A stretch of DNA of 64,000 nucleotides from an uncultured Rivularia sp. (lineage in GTDB: Bacteria; Cyanobacteriota; Cyanobacteriia; Cyanobacteriales; Nostocaceae): the NCBI GenBank assembly GCA_963665115.1, contig OY762007.1, forward strand, positions 5,568,001-5,632,000. Reading direction: 5' to 3'. This document shows positions 21,421 through 30,348 of this stretch, piece after piece. The position numbers and the translations under genes are program-made. Under the pieces are notes generated by a model, which was not told where the DNA came from, ran no database searches, and worked only from the letters and a program-made list of their open reading frames with translations. Within the stretch, counting starts at the first letter, position 1; every line of letters begins with the position of its first letter.

Positions 21421-21685
21421 GGGATGGGGGATTGGGAATAGAATAGGAATTTCTCTAATAATTATTTGGCACTTGCAAAAATCTCTCAACTCTTGCGAAA
21501 TAGGTTTCCCTGCCTTAATTTCAAATACTATGGTGCGTTACGGCTTCGGATACATATTGGTTTTTCTTTTATAAATTTAGTGCCGTAACACACCCTACAA
21601 ATTAATTAATAAAAGTAAAATTTGACACCTTGTTAGGATAAAATTTCCTCGTGAATAACTAACTTCATCGCGAGGTTAAATTTCA

Positions 21686-22930
21686 ATGCCCAATGCCCAA
21701 TGCCCAATTCCCCATAGCCTAGCAACAGAAATCCTCTCAATTTATGATTCCCCTTTATACGTTTATCAAGGCGATATCTTACGTCAGACAATTGCTCGCA
21801 TAACTAAATCAATTCCTTATCCCCATACAAAATTTCACTTTGCTAACGTTACTAATGGCAATATTTCATTGCTGCAAATCTTCAAAAATTGCGGTTGGGG
21901 AATTCATGCGAATACACCAGGTGATGTTTATTTAGCGTTAAAAGCTGGTTTTGCTGCTGAAAATATTATTTATAGCGGTAGCAATCTGAATGCTGAGGAA
22001 ATGACTCAGCTATTAAATTGGGGAATTACAGCTTTTAATTTAGATAGCGTTGCTCAATTGCAGGTATTTTGCGACGTTTATCAATCGGAAAATAATGATA
22101 TTAGTAGTGCGAGCATCTTGCTCGCTAGAGATTTGATTGCTCGCACTACGAAAAAAATAAAATTAGGATTGCGTTTAAATCTACCTGAAATCACCGGAAA
22201 TAGTCGTATTGGTGTACGCCCAAATGAATTTATAGAAGCTGTAGAAGTTGCGAAAAAGGCAAAATTAGAAATTAGCGGTTTACATTTTTATCGAGGTACG
22301 GGTACTAATGCCACAAAAGCTTTTACACAAGTAATTCATCAAGTTATCGAAACTGCGAAATTATTACCAGATTGGCAATATTTAGATTTTGGTGGTGGTT
22401 TTGGATATCCCTATCATCATGATGGAGTTGCTTTTAATTGGGAAAGTTTTGGTATAGAAATAACGAATTTATTATTAAAACTGGATAAAAAAATTGATTT
22501 AATTATCGAACCTGGAAGGGCTGCAATTGCTGGTTGTGCGGCTCTTCTGGCTCAAGTTGTTTCTATTAAATGGCAGCAAGATAAACAAATTATCGGCGTT
22601 AATACTACCGTTGCTAATTTATCAGTACCATCTGTACATGGAGGCTACCGCGAAATTATCAGTTGGAAAACGGGAAAATCATATCTTACAGATGTTTGTG
22701 GCAACACTACTTATTCCCGCGATTATTTAGGAAAAAACTGTCAGCTTCCGAAGTTAGAAATTGGAGATATCATAGCTATTTTAGATGTTGGTGCTTATGG
22801 CTATGCGATGTCTTCCCATTTTTTACATCGCCCCCGCCCTGCGGAAGTTTTATTAGAAAATAATAACCATAACTTAATCCGCCGCAGAGAAGATTATGAT
22901 ATTTTATTACACAATCAAATAATTATTTAA
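21686..22930 (+). CDS. Diaminopimelate-decarboxylase-like fold-III enzyme with atypical active site
   Basis: SPLYVY, LDFGGGFG, EPGR, GAYGYAMSS and RPRPAEV present; the YAxKAN lysine motif reads FANVTN. Confidence 0.85.
   Translation: MPNAQCPIPHSLATEILSIYDSPLYVYQGDILRQTIARITKSIPYPHTKFHFANVTNGNISLLQIFKNCGWGIHANTPGDVYLALKAGFAAENIIYSGSNLNAEEMTQLLNWGITAFNLDSVAQLQVFCDVYQSENNDISSASILLARDLIARTTKKIKLGLRLNLPEITGNSRIGVRPNEFIEAVEVAKKAKLEISGLHFYRGTGTNATKAFTQVIHQVIETAKLLPDWQYLDFGGGFGYPYHHDGVAFNWESFGIEITNLLLKLDKKIDLIIEPGRAAIAGCAALLAQVVSIKWQQDKQIIGVNTTVANLSVPSVHGGYREIISWKTGKSYLTDVCGNTTYSRDYLGKNCQLPKLEIGDIIAILDVGAYGYAMSSHFLHRPRPAEVLLENNNHNLIRRREDYDILLHNQIII
22104..22149. repeat. REP-like palindromic element inside the decarboxylase CDS
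   Basis: GTAGTGCGAGCA...TGCTCGCACTAC 12-bp inverted repeat; related GTAGTGGGAGCATCTTGCTCCCT copies at ~5766, ~24417 and ~52228. Confidence 0.8.
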
Positions 22931-22953
22931 ATATTAAGTATAAGGAGAAATTA

Positions 22954-24258
22954 ATGAAATGCGTTAATTGTGGAGTTGAGAATAATTTAAAAGAAAGAAC
23001 TGCTAACCAAGGAAGGTGTAAAAATTGCAATCACACTTTTGCTTTTGAACCAACAAGCATCGATATTAAATATAAATTTACCGATCCGTTTTTTCAAAAA
23101 ATAATTTCAGATATTTCTGCTAATAATACCTTATATTTTACTCCTAAACAGTTTTTTTACGCTCTAGAAAGACGTATAAGTAAGAAAAATAATCAAATGA
23201 ATGGGTGGAAAGGATGTGGATTCTTTCTTATTTTTCCTGTAACTGTAATATTTACTGCTGGTATTTCATTGATTGTGGGATTAGTCATAATATTTATTAA
23301 TTCATATTCACAGAGTAAATCTCAAGAAAATAAACGAAATGTACGTAAAGGCAACGCTAAGTTTCTTCAAATCGGTGGCATTATAATTTTAATAGTAGGT
23401 ATTTTATGTTCGCTTTCAATTAGTTCATTCCCTTTGTTTCTCATCAGCGTTATTTTCGGTATGACATCTATTTATTTAGGTACTATACAGATAAAGCGTT
23501 TAGCAGATGCGGCAGAAACTTTTATAATTAATCAAGATTTATTTCAAAATTGGATAAATCGCTGGCAACAAATTAACGGCACAATTACAAGTATGTTGCC
23601 TTCACCGCGTCAACGAATTACACCAGCTAACATCAATCCCGATATTACTGCATATAGTTTCGATCGAGTTGTTGTTTGCGACAGTGCGGAAGTAGCTCAA
23701 CTATTAATAGCCAATAATTTCCACTTTGAAAATAACTGTGCTGTTTTAAGTATTACCGGATATCCAGAAGATATTTTTAGTACGGTTATGGAAATGTTAA
23801 GACGCAATGCCGATTTAAAAGTCTACGCTTTACATGATGCTTCTCCACGAGGTGTAAATTTAGTAAGTCACCTCCGCACCAGCCCCAATTGGTTTTTAAA
23901 TACCGACGTTACTATTTACGATTTAGGATTATTACCGCGTCAATTTATCAAAAAATACAAGGCATTTGTACAACAAAAAGAAGAATATGCCGCAGATGCG
24001 AGAAATTTATCAATTGATGTCAAACGAGATTTAACCGCAGCAGAAATCGAGTGGTTAGAGTCAGGTAAATTTATAGAATTAGAATCTTACACCCCCAAAA
24101 GATTATTAAGAGTAGTAACTCAAGGTATTGGTAAAAGTCGCCAACCGGATAGTCTTCAACCAGATATTGGTGGTACTACTTTTATTGGTGGTTACGATGA
24201 TTATGACAATGATAGCGATAGCGGTATTACAATTTTTGCTGTTGATAGCTTCGGGTGA
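22954..24258 (+). CDS. Membrane protein: Zn ribbon, TM helices, degenerate Spo11/TopoVI-A-type TOPRIM domain
   Basis: CVNC...CKNC; about four TM helices; VVVCD, ITGYP, VYALHDASPRG, DLGLLP, LTAAE and KFIELES in TOPRIM order. Confidence 0.6.
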   Translation: MKCVNCGVENNLKERTANQGRCKNCNHTFAFEPTSIDIKYKFTDPFFQKIISDISANNTLYFTPKQFFYALERRISKKNNQMNGWKGCGFFLIFPVTVIFTAGISLIVGLVIIFINSYSQSKSQENKRNVRKGNAKFLQIGGIIILIVGILCSLSISSFPLFLISVIFGMTSIYLGTIQIKRLADAAETFIINQDLFQNWINRWQQINGTITSMLPSPRQRITPANINPDITAYSFDRVVVCDSAEVAQLLIANNFHFENNCAVLSITGYPEDIFSTVMEMLRRNADLKVYALHDASPRGVNLVSHLRTSPNWFLNTDVTIYDLGLLPRQFIKKYKAFVQQKEEYAADARNLSIDVKRDLTAAEIEWLESGKFIELESYTPKRLLRVVTQGIGKSRQPDSLQPDIGGTTFIGGYDDYDNDSDSGITIFAVDSFG

Positions 24259-24309
24259 ATCAGTGAGCAGTGAGCAGTTATCAGTTAAATAACACTATAA
24301 ATATTATTC

Positions 24310-24393
24310 GTGAAGTGTATAAAATGCGGTACTCAAAATAATTATATTGTTTTGGGTAAATCAGTTTTAGATTTTGGATTAAGAATTAGTTAA
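24310..24393 (+). pseudogene. 5' remnant of a tandem paralog of the upstream Zn-ribbon/TOPRIM gene
   Basis: GTG start reads MKCIKCGTQNN versus MKCVNCGVENN, then similarity stops. Confidence 0.6.
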
Positions 24394-24491
24394 GAGTTAT
24401 GAGTTAAAAAATATTTGTAGTGGGAGCATCTTGCTCCCTGCTAATTCACAATATTTTCTCTCCTCTCTCCCCCCTCTTCCCCCTCTCCCCC

Positions 24492-26219
24492 TCACTTCTT
24501 CTGCACCTGCAACCAAATTTCCAAACTCACTAACAGCCACAACTTAACCCCATAACGTTGCCACGCATCGCCGCGATAATTCAACCACTGTTTAATCAAA
24601 TCTTGATTTAAGAATGGTGCTATTTGTGCATTTTTATTCAATAACAAACTTTTAGCTCGACGCTGCCAAAGCTGTTTAAACCAATACTGTACAGGTACCA
24701 TCATTCCACTTTTTGGACGTTCAATTATTTCTCTTGGTAATACATTCAAAACAGCTTGTTTTAATACCGCTTTTTCTTGCGCCCCTGCTAATTTATACTG
24801 CGGTGGTATCTGCATCGCCATCTCTACTACTCTTCTATCAAATAATGGCGATCGCCCTTCCAAATCATTCGCAGTTGTCATGTTGTTAACTTTTGTTAAA
24901 ATATGGTCTGCTCCTTTAAATTTGATGTTGATTGTCATTAACCGATTCAGATAGTTTTCTTCTCGATACAAATAATCGGCGAATACAAAGTCTTTTTCTT
25001 TTACTTTTGTCAAAACATCTTGTTTAAGAAGTTGGGGTAAATAAGAAGAACATTTTTTAAATGAGTTGATGTAATTTGTTACTATATTTTCTTCAGTATT
25101 TTTAATCCCGCTGTAAAGCCTATTTAATAACATAGGCTGATTTTTTGGTCCGCCGAAACATGGGTCCCCTCCTTCTCCATTCAGGATTACACCTGCATTT
25201 TCTCGCGCTATCTTTCCTAATAAATAATTGGGCACTGTCAAAGGATCGCCGATGGGGTCGTCTAAATAGGACATTGTTAGCGGTAGCTTATCCCACATAT
25301 CATCGGGGGTAATTTCTAGGACATGATGTTGAGTTTTACAGTGCTGCGCTACTAAACCAGAAAACTCCAACTCATTCGGACAGTTTTCACCAAAATGAAT
25401 TGAGTAAGTGTGTACCGGGTGACTATGAAACTTCGCAGCAAGCGCCGTTATACAGCTTGAATCCAAACCTCCAGATAAATAAACACCCACGGGTTCATCC
25501 ACTGGTAAATATTCTTGTACAACTCGATCTAAAAGCTGTCTTAACTGCTTTCCATGCCAAATTAAGCTTTCCTCTGCATTCTGAATATTTTCTCGTGCTT
25601 CCCAAAACAGTTTTTTGTTAATGCAATTTATTTCTCCAGATGATTCCATTTGCAAAACCATCCCCACAGATAATTCACGCACATTTTCCCACAGCGTTTG
25701 CTCTCCGGGTACGAAAGCACAACAAAGATAATCTCGTAATGCGACTAAATTTAACTGTTGGGAATGAAAAGGTAAAAGCGTCGCTAAACGAGGCGCAACA
25801 ACGCAAAATTTGCCGGAATTAGTGTAATAAAGAGTACGACAGCCAACGCCATCTCGAACTAAATATAACTGCTTTTCTTTGTTATCCCAAACACATAGCG
25901 AGAACATTCCTTCTAACAAATTGAGACATTCTTCGCCTTTAATTTCCCAAAGATGCGCTACTATTTCAATATCCGTATATTTTTTATTTAACTGTAATAA
26001 TTGCAGCAAATGAAAGCGGTTGCTTAACCAGATATCTCCAATTACAATAAAACGACTATTATGACTTTTCGCAGGTTGAGTTTTGACTACAAAAAAGTCT
26101 TCACTTTTGTAAGTAACATCGTAATTGCTAGCATCTACCCGTCCTAAAACTACATACCAATTCGGTACAACGTTGATATCGGGGATTTGTCTTTTATTCC
26201 ATGAAGTGGGTAGTTTCAT
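24492..26219 (-). CDS. Second asparagine synthetase B-like amide ligase lacking the N-terminal Cys
   Basis: LEGMFSL, RDGVGCRTLYY, YLSGGLDSS, NGEGGDPCFGG, RSPLFD, EKAVLK, RPKSGM. Confidence 0.9.
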   Translation of the reverse strand: MKLPTSWNKRQIPDINVVPNWYVVLGRVDASNYDVTYKSEDFFVVKTQPAKSHNSRFIVIGDIWLSNRFHLLQLLQLNKKYTDIEIVAHLWEIKGEECLNLLEGMFSLCVWDNKEKQLYLVRDGVGCRTLYYTNSGKFCVVAPRLATLLPFHSQQLNLVALRDYLCCAFVPGEQTLWENVRELSVGMVLQMESSGEINCINKKLFWEARENIQNAEESLIWHGKQLRQLLDRVVQEYLPVDEPVGVYLSGGLDSSCITALAAKFHSHPVHTYSIHFGENCPNELEFSGLVAQHCKTQHHVLEITPDDMWDKLPLTMSYLDDPIGDPLTVPNYLLGKIARENAGVILNGEGGDPCFGGPKNQPMLLNRLYSGIKNTEENIVTNYINSFKKCSSYLPQLLKQDVLTKVKEKDFVFADYLYREENYLNRLMTINIKFKGADHILTKVNNMTTANDLEGRSPLFDRRVVEMAMQIPPQYKLAGAQEKAVLKQAVLNVLPREIIERPKSGMMVPVQYWFKQLWQRRAKSLLLNKNAQIAPFLNQDLIKQWLNYRGDAWQRYGVKLWLLVSLEIWLQVQKK

Positions 26220-26301
26220 AAAGATTTAAAACCATTGATTAAGAATTGAAAATAAAGCATCTAATAAGTTGCACTTGATGAATAGATCGGTTTAATCTAA
26301 A

Positions 26302-26417
26302 GTCCAAAATCCGTCTTGGAAAGTTTTGGGGACGGAAACCGACACCAGAAGTTTGCTCAACGGGGGAAACCCCCGCACGCAACTTCTCTTACCAAACTTT
26401 CCGCGAAATCCAAAATC
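26302..26417. repeat. Nested cyanobacterial short dispersed repeats
   Basis: GGAAAGTTT..AAACTTTCC outer arms enclosing AGAAGTT..CGGGGGAAACCCCCG..AACTTCT, flanked by TCCAAAAT units. Confidence 0.6.
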
Positions 26418-26586
26418 GTTTGACATCGGCTATGGATGGAAATAGTATATTTTGATGCGAATTCAGGGATAATAGATAAATAAATTACATTTTGAATATT
26501 ACAGTCGAATCTGTAATTTTAAACACATTATCTTAGAGATAGAAATACTTCAATATAATTACTGAACTTTAAAATGACTAAGTATA

Positions 26587-27147
26587 ATGATTGCGATTTA
26601 TCCTGGAAGTTTTGACCCCATCACCCTGGGACATCTTGATATTATTGAACGTGGTAGTCAATTATTTTCACAAGTTATTGTTGCTGTATTACGTAATCCC
26701 AACAAGACTCCATTGTTCACGGTGCAACAACGTTTAGAACAAATACGTCAATCTACCACACATCTAGATAATGTAGAAATAGATGCCTTTGAGGGTTTAA
26801 CCGTCGAATATGCCGTCCAAAGCAAAGCGAAAGTTTTGCTAAGGGGTTTAAGGGCAATTTCGGACTTTGAAGTTGAACTGCAAATGGCACACACCAATAA
26901 AACTCTTTCCACCGAAATAGAAACTGTTTTTTTAGCAACGTCAAACGAATATAGTTTTTTAAGTAGTAGTGTGGTAAAAGAGATTGCAAGGTTTGGTGGT
27001 TCTATTAATCATCTTGTTCCCCCTCACGTTGCTTTGGATACATATAAATGCTTCACCCACAACCAAACGGTATCGAACCCAATCAAAACGGACAAAACGG
27101 AAGTCATCCACCCTCTCAACCGTTTCCCCAACAGTCGGGAAGCGTAG
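26587..27147 (+). CDS. coaD: Pantetheine-phosphate adenylyltransferase
   Basis: [37 protein letters not shown]. Confidence 0.97.
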   Translation: MIAIYPGSFDPITLGHLDIIERGSQLFSQVIVAVLRNPNKTPLFTVQQRLEQIRQSTTHLDNVEIDAFEGLTVEYAVQSKAKVLLRGLRAISDFEVELQMAHTNKTLSTEIETVFLATSNEYSFLSSSVVKEIARFGGSINHLVPPHVALDTYKCFTHNQTVSNPIKTDKTEVIHPLNRFPNSREA

Positions 27148-27735
27148 ATATTCAGCAGGAGCTTAACCGTTTAGAAGAAATAATTCTTACCAGTTTTCGC
27201 ATCCCTTTGACGCGAAAGACTTTGGTAGATGAAGAAAAATTACTCGAACAGCTTGATTTTATCCGCTTATCTCTACCTGAAGCTTTCCAAGAAGCAATCA
27301 TAACTATTCAGCAAAAGGAAGAAATTCTTTTAGAAGCCGAAACTTACGGGCAGCAAATGGTAGAAGCAGCACAAGCGAAGAGAGCGCAAGTGTTGAACGA
27401 AAGCGATATTATCAGACAAGCCGAGCAACAAACCGAACAATTGAGCCGACAAGTACAGCAAGAGTGCGAGCAAATGATGCAAGAAACTCTTGATGAAATC
27501 GAGCGTAAACGACGTGCTTGTCAGCAAGAAATTGAAGAAATGCGCCGTCTGGCGATGGAAGAAGCCGAACAAATTGCTCAAGGTGCAGATCAATATGCCG
27601 ATAATGTTTTAGAACATATGGAGCAAGAAACTGAACGAATCTTTAAAGATTATTCGCAACGGTAGACAGCAGCTTTATGGAGAGCCGCAGCCACCCCAGC
27701 GCGTTTATCCTGGCAAAATGGTTAAAAAGAAGTAA
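27048..27735 (+). CDS. DivIVA-like coiled-coil cell division protein (Cdv3-like); +1 frameshift at 27628-27630
   Basis: [39 protein letters not shown]. Removing one A restores [15 protein letters not shown]...KKK* ending at 27735. Confidence 0.85.
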
Positions 27736-27775
27736 AACAAGTAGAGGTGTTTCGATCGAAATACAATATTTACGA

Positions 27776-28102
27776 ATGTTTTATGTAGCGCAAGTAAATT
27801 TTGGGATAGATATTGCTGCATTAATAGGATTATTTCAGATAATTTTAGGCTTAGTTTATTTAATATATACAATAGTCAAATTGTTGCGGACGCGAAACAT
27901 TTGGAGTAATTTAATTACAGCTTTTTATATTATTCAATTGCTTATTGTACCAACTTTTTTATTTTTTTCTGGTTGCGTTTTAATACTTCAAGGTTGGCGA
28001 TTAGACCCTATTCTACAGTTTCAGCAGTTTATATTGTTTCTTTTAATTGTTTTCTTGATAATTAAAGAAATGGTAATTAATACAGTTGGGAGAAATAGAT
28101 AG
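27776..28102 (+). CDS. Ycf66-family membrane protein (N-terminal domain only)
   Basis: AQVNFG...ILQGWRLDPILQFQQF motif; start moved to ATG 27776. Confidence 0.8.
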   Translation: MFYVAQVNFGIDIAALIGLFQIILGLVYLIYTIVKLLRTRNIWSNLITAFYIIQLLIVPTFLFFSGCVLILQGWRLDPILQFQQFILFLLIVFLIIKEMVINTVGRNR

Positions 28103-28163
28103 TTTTAAACTAATTACCTGTAAAACTTGAGCCTGGGATTGCATAAATAAATAGATTTATCTT

Positions 28164-28498
28164 TTATAAAAATTCTACGTGTCCTATCATTTCTTCGGGT
28201 ATAAGCACCTCATAAATCAATCTTAAAGAATCAATAATTTCTCCAATTGAACGAGTGCCTTTTTTGCAAAAAGCGATACCGGGATGATTATTGTCAGCAT
28301 TAGATATTATCAGAAAATCAGTATCTTGAGTAAAAATTACCCTTTGTGTTTTCCGAACAAATTCGAGCTGAGCTTCATCTGATTTTCCTTGTAACCCTAC
28401 TTCTTTGTTATAGTTACATCAATTCCGTAACGTCGTAAACCAAGTGCAACTGCCGGATCTACATTTTCATCTAAGTGTAAGTGGATTCGCTCATTCAC
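28164..28498 (-). pseudogene. DUF5615/Mut7-C PIN-like toxin, frameshifted near 28404-28406
   Basis: Manual translation: MNERIHLHLDENVDPAVALGLRRYGIDVT..|EVGLQGKSDEAQLEFVRKTQRVIFTQDTDFL..HPGI..IGEII..EEMIGHVEFL*. Confidence 0.8.
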
Positions 28499-28604
28499 TT
28501 CTCCTAGACCTCAATTTTTCTTGAAGTTTTGACGGATAATTCCGCTTTAATTCTTCAATATACTCCAATTCTTGCATCATTAAACTATCAATTTCTTCTA
28601 TATT
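28491..28604 (-). pseudogene. 3' remnant of a DUF433-type antitoxin
   Basis: NIEEIDSLMMQELEYIEELKRNYPSKLQEKLRSRRSE* overlaps the PIN start; an in-frame stop lies immediately upstream, so the N-terminal domain is missing. Confidence 0.55.
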
Positions 28605-28791
28605 TTAAAATGAATCTACTTAAAAGCATTATTGTCCAAGTTTTGAGGGTTTGCGCGAATCTCCGTTTAACAAACAAAACTAAAAATTTATAAGAAAGTA
28701 CTTACAAATTAAACTTTTTAGCCCACGCAGGTGGGCTTTGTAAATGTAGCGATACCCTTCGAGGGTATTGCTATTAATTGACGAAATTTTC

Positions 28792-30138
28792 CTAAAGCGT
28801 ATAGGTGAAATCTTCCACTAACATACCTGGAACCTTACTACCGCCAAGCTGACGATTTTCATAAGTTCCGACTTCGGGAATAAATTCATGTTTATCAGTA
28901 AAATCTATTAAATTATCACCCCAAAAGCTGTATAAACTATCATCAAAACGCAAGTCTTCTATCGGTGCTACAATTTCACCATCAGCAACCCAGAAGCAAG
29001 CATAACGAGTCATTCCCGTGATTCTTCCAGAAGGGCGATCGCTCCAATTTAAATAATGCAAATTTGATACATATAGCCCTGTTCCTAAAGTTGATAAAAT
29101 TGAATCAGATGCCAAGCTTCCTCGACTGACTTCTGGGGAACGTAAAGACTCATCACTACCTGCACCATTTGCAAATTTGTCATATTCTTTAGCGCTACGG
29201 GAATTAATTAAAGTATTTAATAAAGCACCTTTTTCGATGATTTTTAACTGCAAAGGTGCAATTTCTCCCCAATCATTAAAACGCGGTACCGAACCAGCGT
29301 AAAAATTTTCTTGCAAGCTAAACTTTGGAGAAAGTTTCTTTTCTTTATTAGCTAGCATTACTAAAGCACTGTTTCCTTGTTGGATATCAGCTTCGCTCAA
29401 ACCCCCCCAAGAAAGCATTGTTAATAATTCTGCAACAGCAGCAGGAGCAAAATAAGTTCTGTAATGTCCTCGCGGTATTTGTTTAGAAGGACGAGAAAGT
29501 AACTCTAATTGCTGTTTAGCGCTCGCAATTTTATCTATATAAGTTTGATTATTCCAATCATTTCCAGCAAAAAAGCCTTTCACAGCTTGTCCAGAATCGG
29601 TAAAAATTGAATAGTCCAGGGCAAAAGTATCGCTACTAAACCAATGTTTATTACCACTCGAATCAGCATAACCCTGACTGATAATACCCCCGGCATAAAA
29701 TCCGGTAAAATCTAATTCTGTAACAGCTTCTAAAATAGTTTTAGCAACATCTTCATCAGCCAACAATTTACCCGAATGAACTTCCCGAGTAATTTCATCT
29801 CCTGATGGTAAAACAAGATATGTATCTTCGGGCAATGATGGCAATTCTGCTCGTAACTCCTGCAAAGAATTATAGGCTTGCTGGCAATCAACTTCCCAAT
29901 TACCGCTAACAGGAAAAACGCGAAAACCATCACGTTGATTTTCCATCAAAGTCAATTCAAGCCAGCCATCTGCAACAATACCAGTTTGTCGTACCTTGGC
30001 GCGATTAAACCGAGTAAACTGACTGCGTTCTCGATTAAGTTTAAAACTAAATTCTTCCCCCGGTTTCTTTTGATCTAACAAATACTCAAGCAATCGGTTA
30101 AAGCTGACTTCAAAAGCAGATATATCTTCGTTTTTCAT
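28792..30138 (-). CDS. TldE/PmbA-family protein (non-catalytic partner)
   Basis: TRFNRAKVRQ, FAPAAV, TGMTRYACFWV; lacks HExxxH. Confidence 0.9.
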   Translation of the reverse strand: MKNEDISAFEVSFNRLLEYLLDQKKPGEEFSFKLNRERSQFTRFNRAKVRQTGIVADGWLELTLMENQRDGFRVFPVSGNWEVDCQQAYNSLQELRAELPSLPEDTYLVLPSGDEITREVHSGKLLADEDVAKTILEAVTELDFTGFYAGGIISQGYADSSGNKHWFSSDTFALDYSIFTDSGQAVKGFFAGNDWNNQTYIDKIASAKQQLELLSRPSKQIPRGHYRTYFAPAAVAELLTMLSWGGLSEADIQQGNSALVMLANKEKKLSPKFSLQENFYAGSVPRFNDWGEIAPLQLKIIEKGALLNTLINSRSAKEYDKFANGAGSDESLRSPEVSRGSLASDSILSTLGTGLYVSNLHYLNWSDRPSGRITGMTRYACFWVADGEIVAPIEDLRFDDSLYSFWGDNLIDFTDKHEFIPEVGTYENRQLGGSKVPGMLVEDFTYTL

Positions 30139-30163
30139 AAACGTATGTCAATTGAATTTTAGA

Positions 30164-30331
30164 TTGGTAATTGGTAATTGGTAATTGGTAATTGGGGATT
30201 GGGCATTGGAGATTGGGAGTAGGAGTAAGTAGTGAGTAGTGAGTAGTAAGTTAAATACTTTTATTGGATTATTTTCACAGGGCAGCTTAACTATTTCTTA
30301 CTCTTTACTCGCGACTCTTTACTCACTACTT
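30164..30331. repeat. Heptamer arrays (TTGGTAA, AGTAGTG / CACTACT-like) around an AT-rich core
   Basis: Visible tandem units; shares TTTACTCGCGACTC with the composite element at 5.1 kb. Confidence 0.7.
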
Positions 30332-30348
30332 TAAGAATCTCCCTCTTC

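Noticed and set aside
19681..26219. Lasso peptide cluster
   Set aside because: No B1/B2 (RRE or peptidase) gene and no recognisable precursor near the AsnB-like genes.
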